Positions 12,301 to 24,708 of a stretch of 64,000 bases of DNA are shown one piece after another. Location of the stretch: NCBI GenBank assembly GCA_014905635.1, contig CM026548.1:620001-684000 (forward strand), written 5' to 3'. The position numbers and the translations under genes were made by a program. Source of the DNA: Scenedesmus sp. PABB004. Taxonomy: Eukaryota. The notes beneath the pieces were generated by a model. It was not told where the DNA came from. It was given only the letters and a program-made list of their open reading frames with translations, and did no database searches. Within the stretch, counting starts at the first letter, position 1, and every line of letters begins with the position of its first letter.

Positions 12301-15300
12301 CGCGGCGCGCGGCACCCGTGGTCGACCCGTGCCCGCGCGTGTGCCTCGACGGCCGCGCCGGCGGCGTGATGCTCGCCGGCAGCGCGGCGCGGGCCGTGAC
12401 GGTCAGCAACGCCGGCGCGCTGGCGGTCGCGTACGACGTCCGGGTGGGTTGCGGCTGCGGGCGCCCCGCCTCGCCGCGCGCGCGGGCCGGCTGCCGGCTC
12501 TGCCCTCCGACGCCGGCCGCTCACCCATTGCAACCACCATCATCATCAGGTCACCGGCCCGCTCGCCGCCACGGCCGAGAGCGAGGAGCCCGACCCAGCG
12601 CGCCCGCTGCCCAACGCCACGCCCGAGGCGCTCGCCGCGCTCGCGGCCGGCGCCGCCGCGCGGAGCTCCCTCGCGGTGGCAGGGTTTCGCGTGACTGGCG
12701 TGCGCGGCGTCGTGCCCGGCTATGGCAGCCTGAGCTTCACCGTGGAGTTCTCGCCCCGCGTCGCAGGCGCGCGCGCGCAGCGCCGCGCCGCGCCGCGACG
12801 CCCCGCGCCGCGCCGCGCCGCCCGCGCGCCGGTCGAGCGCTGCGCGCTGCGCGCCGCCGCGCGGCGCAGGCGTGGTGGAGGTGCCGCTCGAGGTCAGGTT
12901 CACGGCGTCCGAGCGCCGCGGGCTGGTGCTGCCGCCGGTCGCCCTGACCCTCGCCGCGACCGGGCGCGAGCTGCCCGTGTCGGCGCTCACGCCGGTGGTC
13001 GACTTCAAGTGCGGCGCGACAGCCCTGCCGCCGCCTGCGTCCGCGCGGCGCGCGCCGCCGGCGCCGACCCCGGTCGCCGCCCCCGCGCGCGCCGCAGGGC
13101 GGTCGCCTTTGGTCGCACCTTTGCCGCGCCGCTGCTGCTCGCCAACGGGGGCAAGACCGTGATGAAGGCAGCCATTGCTGCGCCGCCGGAGCTGTGCGAG
13201 TGGGCCTCCTTCACGCCAGAGTTTGGGTTCATCCAGGCGCGCAGGCCGCGGCGCCACGGCGCCGCGTCGCTCTCTCGGCAGCACGCAGCCAGCCGCGCAG
13301 CCAGAGGCGCCGCGCCGCGACCCAGCGCCTCGGGCCGCGCCGTCCGCCGCCCGCCCGCCGCCCGCCCGCAGGCCGGCGACACGCTGGCCGTGAGCGTCAC
13401 GCTCAAGCCGGCGCCGGAGATGCTGGCGCGGCTCGCGCGGTTCCGCGTCGCGCCGGCCGGCGCCGACGCCCAGGTGGGCGCGCGGCGCGCGGCGCGCTGC
13501 GCGCGGCGCGGCCCGTGCCCGCCCGCCGCGCCGCCTGACCGCCCGACCGCGCTCCGCGCGCGCCGCGGCGGGCGCAGGACGTCTTTGAGGTCCCGCTGCA
13601 CGTGGGGGTGCCGGGGCAGACGCTGCCCGTGCCCGTCCGCCTGCGGTTCCAGCCCACCACGAGCGAGCTCGTCCTGGCGCCGGCGGTGCTCGAGTTTGGC
13701 CGCGTGCCGCTGTCTGAGGCCGCCGGCGCGGCGCTCACGCTGACCAACCCGGGCCTGCTGCCGCAGCGCTTCAGCTTCGGCGCGCGCCTGCCGCCGGGGC
13801 TGAGCCTGCTCCCGAGCGCGTGGGGCCGCGTGCTGCCGGGCGAGACGCTCACGCTCCTCGCGACCCTCCAGCCGCCCATCGCCGGGCCGCAGCGCTTCAC
13901 GCTGACCTGCCGCACCCTGGCGGGCCGCGCGGCCAGCATCGAGGCGCGCTGCGAGGGGCTGGCGCTGGACGTGGCACTGTCGCACAACACGATCGAGGTG
14001 CGCGGCGCGCGGCGCGCGCGCCGCGGGCGGGCGGCCGGCTGCCCCTGGCCGGCGGCCGGCCGCAGCCGACGCGCGCGCGCTCCTCGCGCCCACCGCGCGC
14101 AGTTCCCCGCGACCGCGGTGGGCGACGCCGCGAGCGCGTCGGTCGTGCTGAGCAATGCCAGCGCCGACACGGCCTACCTGTTTGAGCTGGGCGTGCCACC
14201 GGACAGCTGGCTGCAGGCACGGCACGCGCGCGGCGCGGACAAAGAGCACCGCAGCGCGCCGTGCGCGCTGCGCAGTGACCGACGGCGCGCCGCCCGCCGC
14301 CGCGCGCCGCGCAGCTCACGCCGCGCGTGGGCTGCCTCAAGCCCGGCGCCAGGCTGCGGCTGCAGGTCGATTTTGCGCCGCCGGCGTCGCTGATGGCAGC
14401 GGAGCAGGGCGCCGGCAGCAGCTGGCGCTGGTACCGCGAGTGGCTGCTGCCCTGCCACATTCGGGCCGCAGCGCGGGCCGAGGTGGACGGCCAGCAAGGC
14501 GACGGCGCCGCCGGCGCCTGCGGCAGCGCCGGCAGCGCGCAGGCCGAGGTCCTGCACCTTGCCTTGACGACGTGTGCAGTGGCGCCGCAGCTGGAGCTCG
14601 CGTCGCCCCAGCTGGCGCGGCCGGCGGGCAAGGGCTACGCCGTGCTGGACTGGGGCGCGCTCCCGGTCGGCGAGCGCGCGACGCGGCAGCTGGTCGTGAC
14701 CAACCACGGTGTGGCCTGTGGCGGCAGCGCGCGGGGCAGCGCCCAGCGGCGGCCACGCGACGCCCCTGCCCCGCCCGCCGCGCCGCGCGCAGGCCCTGAC
14801 GCCGCGGCGCTGCGCGCCGCGCCGCTCGACCCGGCGGGCCCCTTCTCGGTCGCCGCCGCGCTGCGCCCCGCGCCCGGCGGCGGCGGCACCGCCAGGGTGC
14901 TGCTCGCATTCGCGCCGGGCGCCTGCAGCGAGTTCCAAGAGATGCTCACGCTCCAGTGCGCCCCGCCTGCGCCCGCCGGCCAGCCAGGGGCCCGCGTCAG
15001 CCGCGCCCCGCCGCGCATCGCGCTGACCGCCCCGCTGGCCCGCAGGTCGGCGGCGGGCCGGCTCCGCGTCGCGCTGCGGGGGCGCGGCATCGCGCCCAGC
15101 GTCGCGGTCAGCCCGCCCGCCGCGGCGGCCGCGGGCGGCGGCCTCGCCTTTGGCGACGTGCTCGCGGGCGACCCGGCGCCGCGGGAGCTGCGATTCACGC
15201 TGACCAACACCTGTGCGCGTCGCGGCGGGGCCCGGCTGCTCGCGCCGCGCGCGGGGTTGCGCCCTCCTCTGCGCGGCGCGCGCGCGCGCCGCGCCGACGC

Positions 15301-16525
15301 CCCGTCTGCCTCGCCCGGCCGCGGCGCAGGCGGCTTCCCGGTCAGCTACACCACGCGGTTCATCGGCCCGCCTGCCACGCCGCCGGCTGCGGAGCAGGGC
15401 GCGCGCGCCGCAGCGGCAGCGGCGGCTCCGCCGGCCGGAGGCGCGGCGCCGCCGGCCGCGGCCGCAGTCGCGGCGGCGGCGCAGCAGCCGGCTGCGCCGG
15501 CCACGGCCGAGGCGCAGGGGCCGCCGACGGGCTGCTTCACGGTCAGCCCCGCGGCCGGCACGCTGGCCGCGGGGGAGGGCCACGAGCTGACCGTGGCCCT
15601 GCTCCCGGGCGGCGCGCGGCGGGGCCTCGGCCCGCGCGGCCCGCACGTGCGCGACCGGCTGCAGGTGTGCGTGCCGCACCAGCAGGCGGACGTCGTCGTG
15701 CCGCTGAGCGCTGACGTGTGGCCCGGCGGCGTGTTTGTGGCGGGCGCGCGCTACGCCGGCGGGGCCGGGGGCGATGTCGCCGACCCGCACGCGCTGGCCC
15801 AGGCCGTCGCCGCAGCGGCGGCAGCGGCAGCGACCGCGCCGCCGCCCGGCGCTCCCGGTGGCGGCGTGGCCGGGGGTAAGGCGCGGGCGAGCGCGGCGCC
15901 GCCCGCGGCCGCGGCCGCGGCGGCGGCGGCGGCGGCCGCAGCGACGGCGGCAGCAGCCTGCGGCTCGCCTCAGCAGCCGTCGCTGACGGCTGGCGCGCGC
16001 CTGGCGGCCGCGCTCGCGTCGGCGGGCTTTGCCAGCCACGCGGAGGCCACCGTATCGCTGCCAGGGCCGGTGGCGCCGGGCGGCTCGGCCAGCGCGGTGC
16101 TCGAGTTTGGCGCGGTGCGGAGCAGCGCCGGCGGCGCGGCCGGCGAGCTGCTGGCGGAGCTCCCCGACGCGGCGGCCGAGGCCGGTTGGTCGATAGAGCC
16201 GGCCAAGCTGTCTGCGCTGGCCGGCGAGCGGCGGCCGTTTGCCGTGCGGTTCACCGCGCCCCCGCGGCTGACCGGCGACCAGGCGGCGCTCGCGGCGCTC
16301 GGGGTGCCGCTGCGGGCGAGCGCGCGGCTGGCGGTCAGCATGCGGGGCGGCGCGGCCGCGGTGGCGGGGCAGGCGGGCGCGGTCGCAGCGGCGCTGGGCG
16401 CGGCGCCCGGGCCGGACGGCGTGCGGCGGTTGAGCCTGGTGTGCAGCTGCACGATTGCTGTGCCGCCCGCCGGGGGCGAGGCCGGCATGGTGCCCGACGC
16501 GGCGGCGGCCAAGGGCGGCCGGTGA
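9376..16525 (+). CDS. CFAP74: Cilia- and flagella-associated protein 74 (central-pair FAP74-like; coiled coil plus multiple ASH/Ig-like domains), ~16 exons
   Basis: N-terminal coiled coil with LLEAGRNPYEVF; GDAFIAAPRELLFRDFCPGTRYTAAVQLIN; PPSGALAPGAAATLRVTFTPK; FTPEFGFIQ; LEFGRVPL...LTNPGLLPQRFSF. The order of these elements matches CFAP74. Confidence 0.8.
11899..11959. repeat. Two adjoining perfect palindromes (30 bp and 34 bp) in a FAP74 intron
   Basis: ggccggggaggagct|agctcctccccggcc (11899-11928) and gcccaacgcgccgcagc|gctgcggcgcgttgggc (11926-11959). Confidence 0.95.
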
Positions 16526-16627
16526 GCGCGCGGCGTGCAGCGCGGCCGGTCCGGTTACGCGTGGCCTCGTTTTGCTGCACAGCGCGCTGCACACCCGCCT
16601 GCCGCCGCGCGCCAGCCGACCGGGCGG

Positions 16628-18309
16628 TCAGCGCCGCCGCGCTGCGCTGCGCCGCCGGCGGTCAAAGTCGTCTTCAAGCGCCTCTGCGATCGCCTCCAGC
16701 TCTTCCTCCTCCGCCGCCTCGGCCGCCGCGTCCGCGTCTGCCGCCGCGTCGGCGGGCGCGGCCTTGGCTGCCGGCGCCGCGGGCGACGCGGCGGGGGCCT
16801 TGGCGCCGGCCGCCGCGGGCGCAGGGGCCGCCTTGGCGGCCGCCGCGGGCGGCGCCTTGGCCGCCGCCGCGGCCGCCTCTGCGGTGACCTCCGCCTCCAC
16901 CGCCTCCTCGCCGCCGCCCCCTTCCTCGCCCGCGGCAGCGTCCATGCCGGGCACGGCGCTGCCATCGCTGCCGGGCGCCGCGGGCGCGGCCGCGGGCGGC
17001 GGCGGCGCCGGCGCAGTCCCGTTGGCCGGTACGCCGGCGGCGGCGCCGCTCCTGCTGCTGCTGCTGCTGCTGACGTTCTTGCCCGCGTCGCTGCTGGCGG
17101 GCACCGGCGGGCTAGCGTTGGCGGCCGCCGGCGCGGCAGCAGCTGCAGGCGCCGCAGCGCCGGCCGCCGCGCTGGCCGCGGCGCCCGCCGCCGCCGGCTT
17201 GCTGTCCTTTGTGCTGGGCTCCGCCTCAGGCTCTGCCTCCGGCTCCGCCTGTGGCTCCGCGTCCGTGCCGGCTGCTGCTGCTGCTGGTGCTGCTCCCTTG
17301 CCTGCAGCCGCCTCTCCGCCCGCCACGGCGCGCGTGCCGTCGTCAGGCGCTTCCGACGGCGGCGCGGCGCCCGCGGCGGCGCCCCGCCGCCGCCGACCGC
17401 CGCCTGCCTGCCCGGGTCGCCCGCCGCCGCTGCGGCGGCCGCGTCGGCGCCCGCGCCGTCCTCCAGCTCGTAGCCCTCAAACACACGCAGCGCAGCGTCG
17501 TAAGCTGCGCGCGGCGCGCGGCAACGGCGGCGGCGGGGCGGCGGGGCGGCGGGGCGGAGTACGGGTCGGGCGCCAGCCGCCAGCCCAGCCCACGGCCGCG
17601 GCGGCTGCTGCTGCTTCTGCTGCTCCTGCTGCTGCCGTGCCGCGGCGCGGCGCGGCGCGCGCACCCGGGTCTGTGCGGTCCTTGCTGCTGGCGATGAGCA
17701 GCGCCCACGCGACGAGCACGAGCGCGACGCCGCCGCCGATGCACACGACACGCTTGATGCTGAGCAGCTTCTTCTGCGTCTCCTGCTCCTTCACGCGCGC
17801 CTGGCGGGGCGGTCGGGGGCGGGGCGGCAGCGGCAGTGGGCGGTCGAGCCAGCGCGCGCGGTCGGGGGCGGAGGCCTGACTGCGCGCGGCGCGCGGCGCC
17901 GCACCTCCACGCGCAGCGCGCCGATGAGCGTCTGGTGCGGGTTGTCCGCCTCCGCGTCATCGTCGTCGTACGCGTAGCCCTTGTTGCGCAGCTCCGACTG
18001 CGGCGCGCGGCGCGCCCGCGAGCAGCAGCGGCGGCGCCCGCGGTTGGCCGGCGCTGCGTGGCGCACTGCGGCGCCGCGCCCAGCGCCGCGGCGGCGCCCA
18101 GGCGCGGATCCCGCGCCACCGGAGCGGGGGATGCGCCCGGAGCTGGCAGGCGGCGCGTGTGCGCGGCGGCACGGGGGCAGCTGCGCGGCGCCCGCCGCCA
18201 ACTGTTCGGCGCGCCGCCCTCCGCGCCCCGCCGCGGGCCCGCGGCGCGTGGGCGTGGGCGTGGCACGACGCCGGCGCACCTCGATGAAGGTGCTCAGCTC
18301 CGACGCCAT
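16628..18309 (-). CDS. Hypothetical single-pass membrane protein with acidic Ala-rich C-terminus (apparent 1-nt frameshift near 17383)
   Basis: Exons MASELSTFIE / SELRNKGYAYDDDDAEADNPHQTLIGALRVE / ARVKEQETQKKLLSIKRVVCIGGGVALVLVAWALLIASSKDRTDP / AYDAALRVFEGYELED... joined by GT-AG introns in frame; tail ...EEEELEAIAEALEDDF. Confidence 0.65.
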
Positions 18310-19135
18310 GCCTCGCGCCGAATGCGAGGGCCCGCTCCCGCGGCGCGCGCTGCCCGCGGGCTGCGTCGCCCCCGACGCGCTGCCGACACGGCACGCGCAC
18401 GCCGAGCCTCTCACGCGCAGGGGTGCTGCCTCGCCTCGCGGCAGCTGCGGGCGCTTCGGGGCAGCTGCTCTCCCGCTGCTCGCTCCGCGTCCACGACCGG
18501 CCTGCGACTGCGGTCCGCTGGGAACGTGCCCGGGCGGGTGTGGCGAGGGGCCCCACGCGGCGGCGGCGGCGGCGGCGCCTTGTGCCCTGGCGCGGGCGGC
18601 TCGCGCGACTCCGGACAGCGGCTTGCCGTCACCTCTCCAGGGCCTTTTTCGCTGCAGCGGCGTGCGACAATGAAAAAGAGCAAACGGCAATCCCACACAC
18701 GCCGTTCAACGCGCGGCGACGTGTGGGCACGTGCGTGATGCCGGCGGCCGCGCCGCGCGCGACACCAGGCGGGCGGTGCTCGGCGCGCGGCAGCCCCCGC
18801 GCGCGCCGCCAGGCGGCGGCGCTCGGCCGGCCGCTCGCACCGCCCGGCCAGCCGCGCGCGTGCGGCGCCCGCGCGCCGCCGACCGGCCACGGGCGCACGC
18901 GGCGCGGGCGGTCGTCGACGTGGCCAGCAAAAGCAGCAGCCCCCAATCCCCCCGCGCCCAGTCAAGTCAAGGTCAGTGCGTGCGTCAGACAGTTGGGTTC
19001 TTGGATGCCCCTGTATCTTCAAGGCGAGGTCAGGTCGTCGTCAGTTGCGCGCCGCCAACGCGCGGGGCCTGCCAACGCCCCGCCGACGACGACGCCGCGT
19101 CAGCCAGTCGCCGCCCCGGGCGGCCGGTCGGTCGT

Positions 19136-20818
19136 TTAGTTGGCGGCCGCCTGGTCGGCGCGGAACGGCTGCGGCCCCGCGCCGCCGCCGCGGCGGCCGC
19201 CGGCGCTCGCGCCGCCGCCGCGGGGCTTGTAGAGCACCGTGGTGATGTACTTGCCACGGTAGCGGTGCGTCGCGCCCACGACCAGCGCGTTCATCGTCTG
19301 TGCGGCGCGGCGGCGCGCGGCGCGGCGGGCGCGGTCGCGTCGAGGGCGCGCGCGCGGCAGCAGCGGCGGCTGGCAGGAGCGGCGGCGGCAGCGGCGGGCA
19401 GCAGCGGCAGCGGCAGCAGCGGCGGCGGCGGCGGGCGGCGGCAGCGGCGCGCCTGGCCGCGCTGGATGTAGAGGTGGTTGAGAATGACGTGCTGCGGCCG
19501 CGGCAGGCTCGCCGCGCCCTCGGCGCTGCCGGGCACGTTGAGCAGCGTGAGCTGCAGGTGCGGCGGCATGACCGGCGGCTCCTTCGCGTAGTCCTCCGGC
19601 GTCGCGTGCGGGTTGGCGTAGCTGCGGGGTTTGGCGGCGCACGCGGCAGCGGCGGCGCCGCGCGGTCGGCAGGCGCGGCGGCGGCGGCGGGGGCCTGCCC
19701 GCCCGGCCGGGGCGCGCCCGGCGGCCCGGCGGCCCGCGCCGCGCGCCGCGCCGCGCCGCGCCGCACCTCGATGTCGGCGACGGCGGCGGGTCGAAGCCGC
19801 TCACGTTTTCGAGGTTTTCTGGCACGTACTCCTGGACCTCGATGACGTTGTTGATGTTGCCGATCTCGTCGTACATCGCCGCCTGGTTGGGGTCGTACCG
19901 CCAGTCGCCGTCGACGATGAACTTGTACTGCCGGGGGCAAGGAGGCGAGGCGAGGGAGGGGGGCGGCGGGGGCGTGCGGGGAGGGGTGGAGGGGTGAGGA
20001 CGAGGGCGCGGCGGGAGGTGGGAGGGGAGGCAAGCGCAGCGCGGGGCGCGGGGCGGGAGCGGCCGCGCGGCGGCGCGACGGCGCACGCCGCGCCCGGCGG
20101 GGCGCACGGCGCGCCCGGCGCCGCCGCGCCTGGTACACGCCCGGCGGCAGCAGCTTGATGACTGAAAAGTCGCGCCCCGTGCGCTGCAGCGGCTGCCGCG
20201 TCGTCCAGTTGTCAAACGAGCCCTCCACCTCGACGTGCTCGCCGCCGTGGCTCCCTGCGGCGCGGCGCGGCGCGGGGCGGCGCGGCAGGGCGTGGGGCGC
20301 CGCTGCCACGGTGCAAGTGCTGCTGTTGCCGCCGCTGCTGCGGCTCCTGCCGCCGCCGCTGCCGCGGCTGCTGCTGTCGCCGCCGCTGCCGCGGCTGCCG
20401 CCGCCGCCGCGGCGCACATGCGATGACGACGGGCACGAGCTTGGGCTGCGCGGGCCAGCCCGCGGCGCCGACAAACTCGGTCGCGGGGCGGCCCGGGCCG
20501 CCGTCGTCGGCCTTGGCGGCGATCGGCTCCATCGCGACCTGCGGGCTGTACGTCAGCGGCGACCCGGGGCTCATCGGGGGCGAGCCCACCACGAAGCCGT
20601 CGGCGTCGTCGCCGCCGACCGAGCGCTTGCCCTGCGCGTTGCCCTGTCGCGCGGCGGCAGCGCGCGGCGCGCGGCGGCAGCAGCAGCGTCAGCGGCAGCG
20701 TCAGCGGCGGCGCTCTCTGCGCTCGGCGCGGCGCGGCGGCGGGCGCGCGGGGGAGGGGCGGGGCGGGGAGGAGCGGGGAGGCGCGGGAGGGCGTCGCCGG
20801 CGGCGGCCCTCTCACCAT
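19136..20818 (-). CDS. KINB: SnRK1/AMPK regulatory beta subunit (CBM48 + ASC domain), 6 exons
   Basis: M|GNAQGK myristoylation start; [82 protein letters not shown]. Confidence 0.96.
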   Translation of the reverse strand: MVRGPPPATPSRASPLLPAPPLPRAPAAAPRRAQRAPPLTLPLTLLLPPRAARCRRATGQRAGQALGRRRRRRRLRGGLAPDEPRVAADVQPAGRDGADRRQGRRRRPGPPRDRVCRRRGLARAAQARARRHRMCAAAAAAAAAAAATAAAAAAAAAGAAAAAATAALAPWQRRPTPCRAAPRRAAPQGATAASTSRWRARLTTGRRGSRCSARGATFQSSSCCRRACTRRGGAGRAVRPAGRGVRRRAAARPLPPRAPRCACLPSHLPPRPRPHPSTPPRTPPPPPSLASPPCPRQYKFIVDGDWRYDPNQAAMYDEIGNINNVIEVQEYVPENLENVSGFDPPPSPTSRCGAARRGARRGPPGRRARPGRAGRPPPPPPRLPTARRRRCRVRRQTPQLRQPARDAGGLREGAAGHAAAPAAHAAQRARQRRGRGEPAAAAARHSQPPLHPARPGAPLPPPAAAAAAAAAAAARRCRRRSCQPPLLPRARPRRDRARRAARRRAAQTMNALVVGATHRYRGKYITTVLYKPRGGGASAGGRRGGGAGPQPFRADQAAAN

Positions 20819-21257
20819 CGCGGCAGCGGCGGCGGCGCCGCCGCTGCGGGCGCCGCGCCGGCGCCGGGGCGGCGCGCGCTCGGCCGCGGGCGCGCTGGGG
20901 CGGCCGGGATCGCGGGGCCCGCGCCCCTGCCGAGCGGGCGGCCGCGGGCGGGCGCCGCTGGCGCGCTGGCGGGCGGCAAGGGCGGGGCGGGGGCGTGCTG
21001 CCGCCTGCTGCGCCCGGCGATGCTGGCGGCGCGGCGGACGACGCCGTGCGGGGTCTGGGGGCGCCCTGTCGCGCGGGCGGCCTTGGGGGCGCTCAGCAAG
21101 CGCGGGCTCTGCCGCGGTGTGCCCGCTGTCATGCCGCGTGCGGCCCACGGCGCGACGCCGCCGCTCAGGGCGGTCACACGCGGCGTGCTGACCGCGAGGC
21201 GAGGCTGCGCGGCGGTCTGCGGCCGGTGGGCGCGACGAGCGCGGCGCCGCGGGCGCG

Positions 21258-23130
21258 ATGGCGGACAAGCGGGAGGCGGTGATCTACACCAAGGGTGCGT
21301 CGGCGCCCGAACCGGCCGTCCATGGCGCGCCGTGCGGCCTGCGCGCGCGGCGGCCCGCCGTCGCCCACCCCGCGCCCCCGGCCCGCGCAGCGACCGTGCA
21401 AGACTTCCTGGAGCGCTACGAGGTCGGCGAGACCGTGGGCGTCGGCGGTGAGCCGGCGGGCGCGGCTGATCGGGCCCGCGCGCGCCGGGCGGGCGCCTGA
21501 TTGCCCGGCGCGCACGCCCACCGCCGCAGGCTTTGCCGTCGTCAAGCGCGGGCGCGACAAGGTCACCGGCGAGCCCGTGGCCATCAAGGTGGGGGCCCCC
21601 TCACCCCCGCCGGCGGCCCTCCCGGCCGCCGGCGACGCGGCGCTGCGGCAGCGCCCACGGCGGCGGCGGCGGCGGCGCGCCCGCCCGGCGACCGCGCGCG
21701 CGCGGCAAGCCACGTGGCTGCCGCCTGCAGCGCCCGGGGCAGGCGGGCGGGCGGGCCCGCGCGGCGCGGCGGCCGGCCGCCGCCGCCGCCGCTGCCGCCG
21801 CGCGCGCGCCGACCCCGCTCGCGGCCGCGTGCCGCCTTGCCGCGCGCAGGTGGTCGACAAGTCGCGCTACGCCGCGGGCGACAACAGCCTGGAGCGTGAG
21901 ATCCAGGTGCTGTGCAAGGTTGACCACCCCAACTGCATCAAGCTCTACGCCGTCTACATCACCGGCCGCAAGGTCTACATCGTGACAGAGCTCGTCACCG
22001 GCGGCGAGCTGCTCGACAGGCGCGGCGCGGCGGGCGGCGGGCGCTGCAGCGGCAGCAGGCGGCGGGTGCAGCGGCAGCGGGCGGCGCCAGCAGCGGCGGC
22101 GGCCGCATGAGCCAGGGCAGCAGTCGCAGCAGCGCCGGCCGCGCCGCCGCGCCCCGTGCCCGCGCCGCCGTGCTGTCCCTCCTCTCCCTCACCGCGCGCT
22201 CTGCCGCCGCCCCTAAACCCCGCCCCGCCCAGGGTGACGGAGAAGGGCAACTACACAGAGATGGACGCGGCGCACATCATCCGCCAGATCCTGCAGGGCG
22301 TGTCGTACCTGCACTCACACGGTGCGCCGCCGCCCCCGCGCGCCGCCGCCGTCGCCGCCCCGCGCGCGCCGCGCGCCCGCGCGCCCGCGCGCCCGCGCGC
22401 CCGCGCCCTGCCCTCGCCCACTCGCCTGCGCCCCGCCGCCCGCGCCCGCACCCCGCCGCCGCCCTCCCCGCCGCCCTCCCCGCCGCCGCCCGCTCCGCGG
22501 CGGTCAGGCATCGTGCACCGCGACCTGAAGCTGGAGAACATGGTCATGCTCAACCAGTGGGACGACTCGCCGGTCAAGATCGCCGACTTTGGGCTGAGCA
22601 AGTTCTTCAGCAACGACAACGTCCTCTCCACGATGTGCGGCTCGCCGCAGTACGTCGCGCCCGAGGTGCTCGGCGTCGGCGACGGGCTCAAGGAGTACTC
22701 GCCCGCAGTCGACATGTGGAGCGTCGGCGTCATCCTCTTCATCCTCCTCTCAGGCTACTCGCCGTTTGGTGCGGGGGACGACGACGCGGGGGACGGGGGC
22801 GCGGGGGACGACGACGCGGGGAGGGAGGGGGTGCGGGGAGGGAGGGGGCGGGGGGAGGGAGGGGGCGCGGGGAGGGGTGGCGGGCGGAGGGGCGGCGGGG
22901 CGCGGCGCAGCGGGGGCGCGGCGGCGGGCGCACGCGGCGGCGGCGCGGGCGGGGCGCGGAGGCCCACGGCGCGGCGCGCCGTGGCGCGCCGCGTCGCCGC
23001 GCAGACGACGACAACGACGCGGTGCTGTTTGAGAAGATCAAGTCGGGCAACTACGACGCCGACGACCCGATCTGGGAGAACATCTCGCCCGAGGCAAAGG
23101 ACGTCGTCGCAAAGCTGCTCACGGTGCGCG

Positions 23131-23168
<38 letters not shown>

Positions 23169-23796
23169 GCAGCGCGCGGCGGGCGCGCGCGGCGCGCGCC
23201 GAGCGCGCGCCGAGCGAGCGCCGGGCGGAGCGCCGGGCGAGCGCCGGGCGGAGCGCGAGCGCCGCCGCCGCCGCCGCCGCAGGTCGACGCCGACGCGCGG
23301 CTGACCGCCGACGAGGCGCTCGGGCACCCGTGGGTGCAGGGCCAGGCGTTCGACAAGCAGCAGAGCAAGGGTGCGCGCGCGCCGCGGGCCGCCGCGCCGC
23401 CGCCGGCGCAGCCGCTCACGCCCGCGCGCCCGCGCGCCCGCGCGCGCTGCTCCCCCGCCAGGCGGCAACAAGCAGCTGCAGAGCACCATGGACAAGATGA
23501 AGAGCATGGCTGTGAAGCGCGAGTCCATGCGCCAGCAGTCGTTCAAGGCGGCGGAGGGCATGGCCGCCGCGGCGGCCGCCGCCGGCGGCGGCGCCGCCGG
23601 CGCCGCCGGCGCCGCGGCGCCGAGCAGCCAGCCCCCGACCGTGGCGGAGGAGGCGGAGGACGACGGCCAGCTGCAGCAGCAGCTGGAGCGGGCGCTGGAG
23701 GCGCAGCTGGCGGCGCTGCAGCAGCAGCAGCAGCAGCTAGCAGCGGTTGCGGCCAAGCACCAGCAGCAGCAGCAGCAGCACCAGCAGCACCAGCAC

Positions 23797-23828
<32 letters not shown>

Positions 23829-23976
23829 GCAGCAGGCGGCCGCGGCCGCGGCAGCGTCGCCGCCGCCGGCGGCAGCGCCGCCCGCGGCGGCGGTCGCAGC
23901 CGCTGCGTCGCCAGCGCCCGCGGCGGCGGCGCTGCGGTCGCCGGAGCCCGCGCGCACGCCGGCGGAGCGGCAATAG
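21258..23976 (+). CDS. CAMK-group (CaMK1-like) Ser/Thr protein kinase with polyQ tail, 9 exons
   Basis: GVGGFAVV, VAIK, HPNCIKL, TELVTGGELLDR, HRDLKLEN, DFGLSK, STMCGSPQYVAPE, DMWSVGVI, ISPEAKD; no EF-hands seen; TAG 23974-23976. Confidence 0.95.
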
Positions 23977-24708
23977 GGGTTTTGGCAGCGGCACAGCAGG
24001 CCCTCCCTGTTCGCATCCTGCTGCAGCGTCTCACGCGACAGCAGCGGCACGCCGGAGCCGCAGCTCCCGCCAAAGGCCTAGCGGCCGGGCGGGCTGCTGC
24101 CGGCGTCGGCGCCGGCCGCCGCTGCCGGCGCGCGGCGCGGGCTGGGCGGTGGCGCGCCCCGGCCCGTGCGCGCGCGCCTGCACAACCCAGGGATGCGGGC
24201 ACGGGCGGGCTTAGGAGAGACGGGCAGTCAGCGACCGACACACTGCACAAACCCAAAGGAGTGGCAGCACACCACTCGACACTCGGGCTGCTCTCGCCTG
24301 TGCCGCTGCGAGACCTGAAAAGGGGCACGCGTTTGAGCAACGAGCCGGCGGGGGACATTGGCGGCGCGGACGCAGCGTGTCGACGCTGCCCGCGTCGGCG
24401 GCGCGCCCTGCGGCGCGGCGCGACGAAACGGTGATGGGCGGGGAAGCCAAACGGCCGACGGCGCGGCCATCCTGAGGGCTCCTGCACAGTCGATGCTACG
24501 CCATGCATGCGGGCGCGGGCGGGCGCCCCATGGGGCGCGCAGACCTAGGCATGCAATGCGGCGGGGCGGGGTCCCGGCCGGCGGGGCGGCGCGTGGCATC
24601 GCGCGCGGCAAACGGGGTGTGAGCGGGGGCACTGCCTTTTAACTTCATGCACACCGTCACACAGACCGCTCCGCTCCGCATCACGCGGCGCCGCCGCGCT
24701 CGGTCAGG

